A stretch of DNA of 64,000 nucleotides from an uncultured cyanobacterium (GTDB lineage: Bacteria; Cyanobacteriota; Cyanobacteriia; Cyanobacteriales; Cyanobacteriaceae): positions 384,001 through 448,000 of the forward strand of contig CAVQBA010000006.1 of assembly GCA_963710605.1 (NCBI GenBank), written 5' to 3'. Below the pieces are notes generated by a model. The model did no database searches. It saw nothing but the letters and a program-made list of their open reading frames with translations, and had not been told where the DNA came from. Below, piece after piece: positions 59,008-64,000 of this stretch (position 1 is the first letter of the stretch; each line of letters starts with the position of its first letter). The translations under genes were made by a program, and so were the position numbers.

Positions 59008-59367
59008 AAAAAACTTTCTCCATGAAATAGTTAACTTAGATAATTCAGAGTTTGAAATAAAATACAACATACTTATGACAAATTCATTTTGTCTTATTAC
59101 TAAATCGTTTCAAGAGAAATAGTTAAGGATTGTTATTTATTCAAACTATCAAATTTATCGATATTGTCAGTATAGCTTATGTTTTTATTCAAAAATTCAT
59201 AAATTTTACTTTTTTTTCATTTTTAATTGATCAAGTTTTGATATTAATTTTAGGTTTAAAATTAAGTGTTATTTAGTAAGAAAAATTTTAATCTTTGATT
59301 GAGTCTTTCTAAAATTATGAGGTACGGTAACAACAATGAGTAAAGCAATTCTGAATATTTTTTTGTG

Positions 59368-59475
59368 TTATACCAAATTGAAAAAATAAAAAGACAGAAC
59401 AATCCCCCTAAATCCCCCTTCGTAAGGGGGACTTACCAATAAGAACTGTTGTAGATTTTATTTTAATTAGGATTA
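59368..59475. repeat. MITE-like repeat
   Basis: TTATACCAAATTGAAAAAATAA...CCCCCTAAATCCCCCTTCGTAAGGGGGAC...TTTTATTTTAATTAGGATTA. Confidence 0.65.
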
Positions 59476-59593
59476 CTTTTTTCACGACAACAGACGATCG
59501 TTTTGATTTAATTAAAATATTAGTATTGGGTGCAAACCTTGCACCCCTACAAAAAATATCCAAATTGTTTTGCACTGTTTACTCTTGGCACTA

Positions 59594-60736
59594 TCAATGA
59601 CCACCAACTTCTAAACCACACATATCACTAGTGGCTTCAACAATTTGTTGACCATTTTTATGTTTTAATTCTAAATGTAATTGACCTTTAAGAGTATCCC
59701 GACAATTAAAGACTAATCCGTTTTCTGTGGGTACACGAACTATTGTTCCTTTTAAGTTAGTTGTGCCGATTAGTTTCACTTGATATTCCTCGTTTTCGGC
59801 TTCTATTTCCCACCTACCCCAAGGTTGGATTATAGGATTTATTTTACTGTTATTAGTTGAGCTGAATTCGTATAGTTTACCTTGATAATGAATACCAACG
59901 ATCGAAACATTTTCATCCCACCAAAGTATTTTTCTTTTTCCTCCTGCGGCAGTAACAGCTAATTCTATATCTTCATTAAAACTATTACAATTAAGCCAAA
60001 ACCATGATTCGGGAAAAGAATAACCCCAGTTTTTCTCACTATAAGCAGGTGTATTTTCAAATTCGTAAATTTTGCCATTCCAATCAATATAACCTGTAGC
60101 TAAACCATAAGCCATTAATACCTGCCAACCAGGGTCGAATATTGGTAAAAAAGAAAGTAAACCTGCTGTTGCTTTGGGCGATTTGGATGTATCTCCCCAA
60201 CTATAAATTGGTTGAGTATGGTAGTGCCAACGACAATATTGATTATTATGAGGATTAGTAATAAAACCTTGATTCAATGTAGTTGTAATCCCCCCTTTAT
60301 CCCCCCTTTGTAAGGGGGGTAAGGAAGCTCTATTTATGGTAATGTTTTTTGAATTTGATATAACTTGATAACCTTGTTCGATATTTTGCTCGAAGTCTTG
60401 AGGATGAAGAAGATGTGGTTTTTCGGTTAAAGATGTTTTACCCCAATGAGTGAAAGCTAGTTTATTTGGTGATGCCCAAAATTTACTAGTTTCTGGTAAT
60501 GTACGCCATAGATATTGTTCGTCTATACCGATAATTTGGACTAAACCGCCACTATTAGCTTTACTTCCTACAGGATCGTCGATCGAGTACATAAAAGCAA
60601 AATTTTCTTGTATATCGGGCAAACTAATCCGAAAATACCACCCTTCAAAAAATCGACGATCGCTACCATCCCAATGATAACCACTATGAGGCGTTTCTTG
60701 AACATTAATTGTTTTTGGCTTTAGCGATTTATCCAT
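59594..60736 (-). CDS. vte1: Tocopherol cyclase (Slr1737/VTE1 family) with in-frame repeat insertion
   Basis: TPHSGYHW, FFEGWYFR, FAFMYSI, PGWQVLMA, YSEKNWG, CRDT, LEVGG. Confidence 0.93.
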   Translation of the reverse strand: MDKSLKPKTINVQETPHSGYHWDGSDRRFFEGWYFRISLPDIQENFAFMYSIDDPVGSKANSGGLVQIIGIDEQYLWRTLPETSKFWASPNKLAFTHWGKTSLTEKPHLLHPQDFEQNIEQGYQVISNSKNITINRASLPPLQRGDKGGITTTLNQGFITNPHNNQYCRWHYHTQPIYSWGDTSKSPKATAGLLSFLPIFDPGWQVLMAYGLATGYIDWNGKIYEFENTPAYSEKNWGYSFPESWFWLNCNSFNEDIELAVTAAGGKRKILWWDENVSIVGIHYQGKLYEFSSTNNSKINPIIQPWGRWEIEAENEEYQVKLIGTTNLKGTIVRVPTENGLVFNCRDTLKGQLHLELKHKNGQQIVEATSDMCGLEVGGH

Positions 60737-60866
60737 ACTTTTGACGATTAACGATTAAATATTTTTATTGATGGTATTTGACTAATTCATTTTTTACTTT
60801 AGTAATTATTTGATGCCCTTAACCTGCCTTACATATAAATTGAAACGATCGATTTCGAGCTTCTAT

Positions 60867-61091
60867 TCATACCACAGTGTCTTGTTTATTTGGTTTAGGA
60901 ATATTCATACCTTCTACTTTGGCTGTAGATAACCATGCTTCTATTGCACCTTTTCCCATAAAAATAGCTTCTTCTGGTGTCTCCCCATCGGATATACAAC
61001 CAGGTAAATCAGGAAACTCAATCAGATAACCGCCTCCATCTTCTTTACTTAAAGGTTTGATAACGTAACGATAAGGTAAATTATTATTCAT
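60867..61091 (-). CDS. hicB: HicB family antitoxin
   Basis: EDGGGYLIEFPDLPGCISDGETPEEA, IPKP. Confidence 0.92.
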   Translation of the reverse strand: MNNNLPYRYVIKPLSKEDGGGYLIEFPDLPGCISDGETPEEAIFMGKGAIEAWLSTAKVEGMNIPKPNKQDTVV

Positions 61092-61323
61092 TTCTTACTT
61101 CGTCAATTAATTTTATTAATTTTTTGATGTAAATAGGTTTTATCGGTTTACGAGCTGGAATGGTTAAAATAGTTGTAAAATAAGGATGCTTAAAAGTTAC
61201 ATGAGAACCACTCGCTAATCTTTTTTCAAATCCATAATGATTAGCAATACGATCGACATCATCTATTTTCCAATTTTGAGGATTATTCCTCATTTTAACA
61301 AGTAATTTTTCTATTTTACCCAT
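61084..61323 (-). CDS. hicA: HicA family toxin
   Basis: GF..R..SGSHVTF.H, LTIP..KPIKPIYIK; 8-nt overlap with hicB. Confidence 0.9.
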   Translation of the reverse strand: MGKIEKLLVKMRNNPQNWKIDDVDRIANHYGFEKRLASGSHVTFKHPYFTTILTIPARKPIKPIYIKKLIKLIDEVRNE

Positions 61324-61383
61324 TTACTAAGTTGGTTTATACTTTAATTTTGTTTACAATTACAATCGATACCATATATCAAT

Positions 61384-62283
61384 TTAAACAAAAAATAAGC
61401 TGGGAAAAAGTAAATATTCTAAGAAAAAGAGCTTCCAAATAAATTGATAAAAAGAAGTTATTTCGCTTTTTTCATCTAAATTAATATTACTAGAACGCCA
61501 CCATAATAAAGCTAATAAACTTAAATGACCAATAATCAAAAGACTATAATTAGCAGAGAAACGCATAAAATAACCGCCAATAATTACTCCTAAATAAGAA
61601 AAAGTAATTACAAATCTAGCAATATTAAAAATACTTTTACTACCTAATAAAATACTAAATGTTTTGATGTTATATTGTTTATCGCCTTCAATATCGGGAA
61701 CATCTTTAAAAATAGCGATCGCTACTGTAAAAATAACAATAAAAAAGGTCAAAATGTAAACAGGAAAATTGAGAAAAAATTGACCAGTTAATTGTTGAGT
61801 AAAATACAAAAATAAACCAACATTAACGATTATCCCCCTAACCGTAAAAATACATAAACTAGCAAAGAAAGGATACCTTTTAAGACGAATTGGTGGTAAA
61901 GAATAAATAGTACCGATAATCAGACTAGTAACGACTGTAGCTAACAACCAAAACCCTAACAATCCAGCAAGTATAACTGATAAAATACCGCAAAGAATAA
62001 CGATCGATTTTCCTTGTTGTAAAGATAAATTACCACTAGCTAAAGGTAGATCGGGTTTATTAATTTTGTCTATTTCGACATCAAGTAACTGATTTAAACC
62101 GACAATATAAACATTACCTAATAAGCAACTTATCCAAGCACCAAGTAATGTAGTTAAATCGTTATAGCTAAACGAATGTTCGCTAAAAGCGATCGCTAAA
62201 AAATAAAGACAAAAAACGCTTAAACTCGTACCGATAATTGTATGAGGGCGAGAAAATTTCCAAAGATTACGAAAAAAAGACAT
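61384..62283 (-). CDS. hpt: Homogentisate phytyltransferase (Slr1736/VTE2 family)
   Basis: FSRPHTIIGT, YIVGLNQL.DVEIDKINKP.LPLASG, KDVPDIEGD, FYQFIWKLF. Confidence 0.95.
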   Translation of the reverse strand: MSFFRNLWKFSRPHTIIGTSLSVFCLYFLAIAFSEHSFSYNDLTTLLGAWISCLLGNVYIVGLNQLLDVEIDKINKPDLPLASGNLSLQQGKSIVILCGILSVILAGLLGFWLLATVVTSLIIGTIYSLPPIRLKRYPFFASLCIFTVRGIIVNVGLFLYFTQQLTGQFFLNFPVYILTFFIVIFTVAIAIFKDVPDIEGDKQYNIKTFSILLGSKSIFNIARFVITFSYLGVIIGGYFMRFSANYSLLIIGHLSLLALLWWRSSNINLDEKSEITSFYQFIWKLFFLEYLLFPSLFFV

Positions 62284-62325
62284 AGACGCAATAATTAATA
62301 ATTAATAATTGATAATTGATAGTGA

Positions 62326-63267
62326 TTAATTGTCTTCGGTTAAGAGTAAGAAAACATCTTCAATTGAAGCTTTACGTTTTTTCATTTCATAAATTCCTAA
62401 TCCTTCACCGACTATCATTGCGGCAATTTGATTACCTACTTCATTATGACTGTTTGTGTTGATATTCACATAAAAACGATTGTTAGAGTTTGCTATGGGT
62501 TGAATAGTGACATTATCTTCTACCCCCTCAATATTAGCTAACTTTAAGGCTAAATTACTGGTATCTCCTTCTATTTCTAGTTGGTATCCCTGACCATTTT
62601 TTGATTTTTGTAAGAGTTGTTCGGGTTTTCCTGTGGCGACGACACTACCTCGATTAATGACGACAAGACGATCGCAAATCATATTTACTTCAGATAAAAT
62701 ATGAGTTGATAAAATAATAGTTCTTTCCCCTGCCAGACTTTTAATCAAATTACGAACTTCAATAATCTGTCGTGGATCTAAACCGACGGTTGGTTCGTCT
62801 AATATAATAACTGGTGGCTCGTGTACGATAGCTTGAGCAATACCGACTCTTTGCCGATAACCTTTCGATAATTTGTAAATAATCGTGTTGGCTTTATCTT
62901 CTATTTGACAGTATTTTAAGGCTTTTTGGATTTTTAAATTACGATCGACTCTAGGTATTCCTTTAATTTTACAGACAAAAGAAAGATATTCACTAACTGT
63001 CATTTCAGGATAAAGAGGAGGAATTTCAGGTAAGTAGCCGATTCTTTCTCTTACTGCCATCGGTTGCTGGTGTACTTCAAAACCATCGATTGTGGCTGTA
63101 CCTTCATTGGCAGGGATATAACCACTTAAAATACGCATGGTGGTGGTTTTACCCGCTCCATTAGGACCTAAAAAACCTAATATACTTCCTTTGCTCACAG
63201 TAAAAGAAACATCTTTAATTGCTTGAGTTTTACCGTAAATTTTACTTAGATTTTTTACCTCAATCAT
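62326..63267 (-). CDS. ABC-2 type transporter ATP-binding protein
   Basis: GPNGAGKTT, LSKGYRQR, ILDEPT.GLDP, STH. Confidence 0.94.
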   Translation of the reverse strand: MIEVKNLSKIYGKTQAIKDVSFTVSKGSILGFLGPNGAGKTTTMRILSGYIPANEGTATIDGFEVHQQPMAVRERIGYLPEIPPLYPEMTVSEYLSFVCKIKGIPRVDRNLKIQKALKYCQIEDKANTIIYKLSKGYRQRVGIAQAIVHEPPVIILDEPTVGLDPRQIIEVRNLIKSLAGERTIILSTHILSEVNMICDRLVVINRGSVVATGKPEQLLQKSKNGQGYQLEIEGDTSNLALKLANIEGVEDNVTIQPIANSNNRFYVNINTNSHNEVGNQIAAMIVGEGLGIYEMKKRKASIEDVFLLLTEDN

Positions 63268-63473
63268 CTTTGAGTACCTTGTTACGAATTTATGAAATAA
63301 TTAAATGGTCAATCAAATAGGTTATGCGATCGTATTATTAATTTATAATTGTCATAATTTTTTAATTCTATTTTTGATTTTACCCTTATAAAGTTAATCA
63401 TAAAATAATTAAATTATTAAACAATTGATCGTTTTTAAATATAAGTAACTTTCTTTATTAAAATCTTTTTATT

Positions 63474-64000
63474 ATGGATGTATTTTTACAAGGAATAAAA
63501 AAATTATGGCGAAACAAAATTCATCAACCGATTAGTTCTTTAATTGCAACAATCGGTGTATTTGGTCTAATTAGTTGTATTATAGTTGTTTATGTATTTG
63601 CTCAAATTTCTGATGAGGTTTTAGAACAAGATCCTTTTGGTTTCGATCGAACTATTTTACTTTGGATTCACAACAACTTGAGTAATTCTGTTCTCGATCG
63701 AGTCATGTTATTCATTACTTATCTTGGTAATCCTAATGTAGTAGTCGTTTTAGTTACTATCATTATGTTGATTTTGTTGTGGCGAAAATATTATCAAGAA
63801 GCAAAGATGTTTGCGATAGATTGTGCGGGGGGCGTAATTCTTAGTTACGAGCTTAAGACATTTTTTAGTAAGAATCGTCCTCAATTATGGGATTCGCCAC
63901 TGAATGAAGTTTCTTATAGTTATCCTAGTGGTCATGCTTTGGGTTCTGCTGTACTATATGTATTTTTAAGTTATGTATTAGCAAATCGTTATCCTAAGTT
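63474..64000 (+). CDS. PAP2 family phosphatase, 3' end outside window (not in ORF track)
   Basis: Open frame MDVFLQGIKK...LKTFFSKNRP...SYPSGHA (KxxxxxxRP and PSGH motifs). Confidence 0.9.
   Translation, partial: MDVFLQGIKKLWRNKIHQPISSLIATIGVFGLISCIIVVYVFAQISDEVLEQDPFGFDRTILLWIHNNLSNSVLDRVMLFITYLGNPNVVVVLVTIIMLILLWRKYYQEAKMFAIDCAGGVILSYELKTFFSKNRPQLWDSPLNEVSYSYPSGHALGSAVLYVFLSYVLANRYPK

Noticed and set aside
49088-59070. Prophage or integrative element origin for the cluster
   Set aside because: No integrase, att-like direct repeats, tRNA anchor or phage genes seen

Overview
AT-rich cyanobacterial chromosomal segment (photosystem I assembly and chlorophyll genes, very frequent CGATCG/GCGATCGC HIP1 sites; unicellular Cyanobacterium/Geminocystis-like by impression only). 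Mostly housekeeping: cobW, clpP, ycf3, gatC, chlM, scpB, pyrD, pdhB-secD-secF, ppa, panD, tamB-like, dapF/hfq, a complete 16S-tRNAIle-tRNAAla-23S-5S operon, an FeS-type photolyase and tocopherol genes. Accessory content: a tnpB-only IS200/IS605 element, a decayed toxin-antitoxin/SUKH patch (14.5-16.1 kb), heavily frameshifted xfp and ackA, a hicAB pair, and many small palindromic repeats, one inserted in frame in tocopherol cyclase. The best candidate for an undescribed system is the co-oriented minus-strand cluster at 49.1-59.0 kb: roadblock/profilin-like protein, wHTH-AAA ATPase, AAA ATPase-degenerate Swt1/HEPN-dynamin-like GTPase fusion, second TRAFAC-type GTPase, unknown partner and pentapeptide-repeat protein. 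All domain calls are by eye from motifs; no database searches were run, and several frameshifts may be assembly errors.
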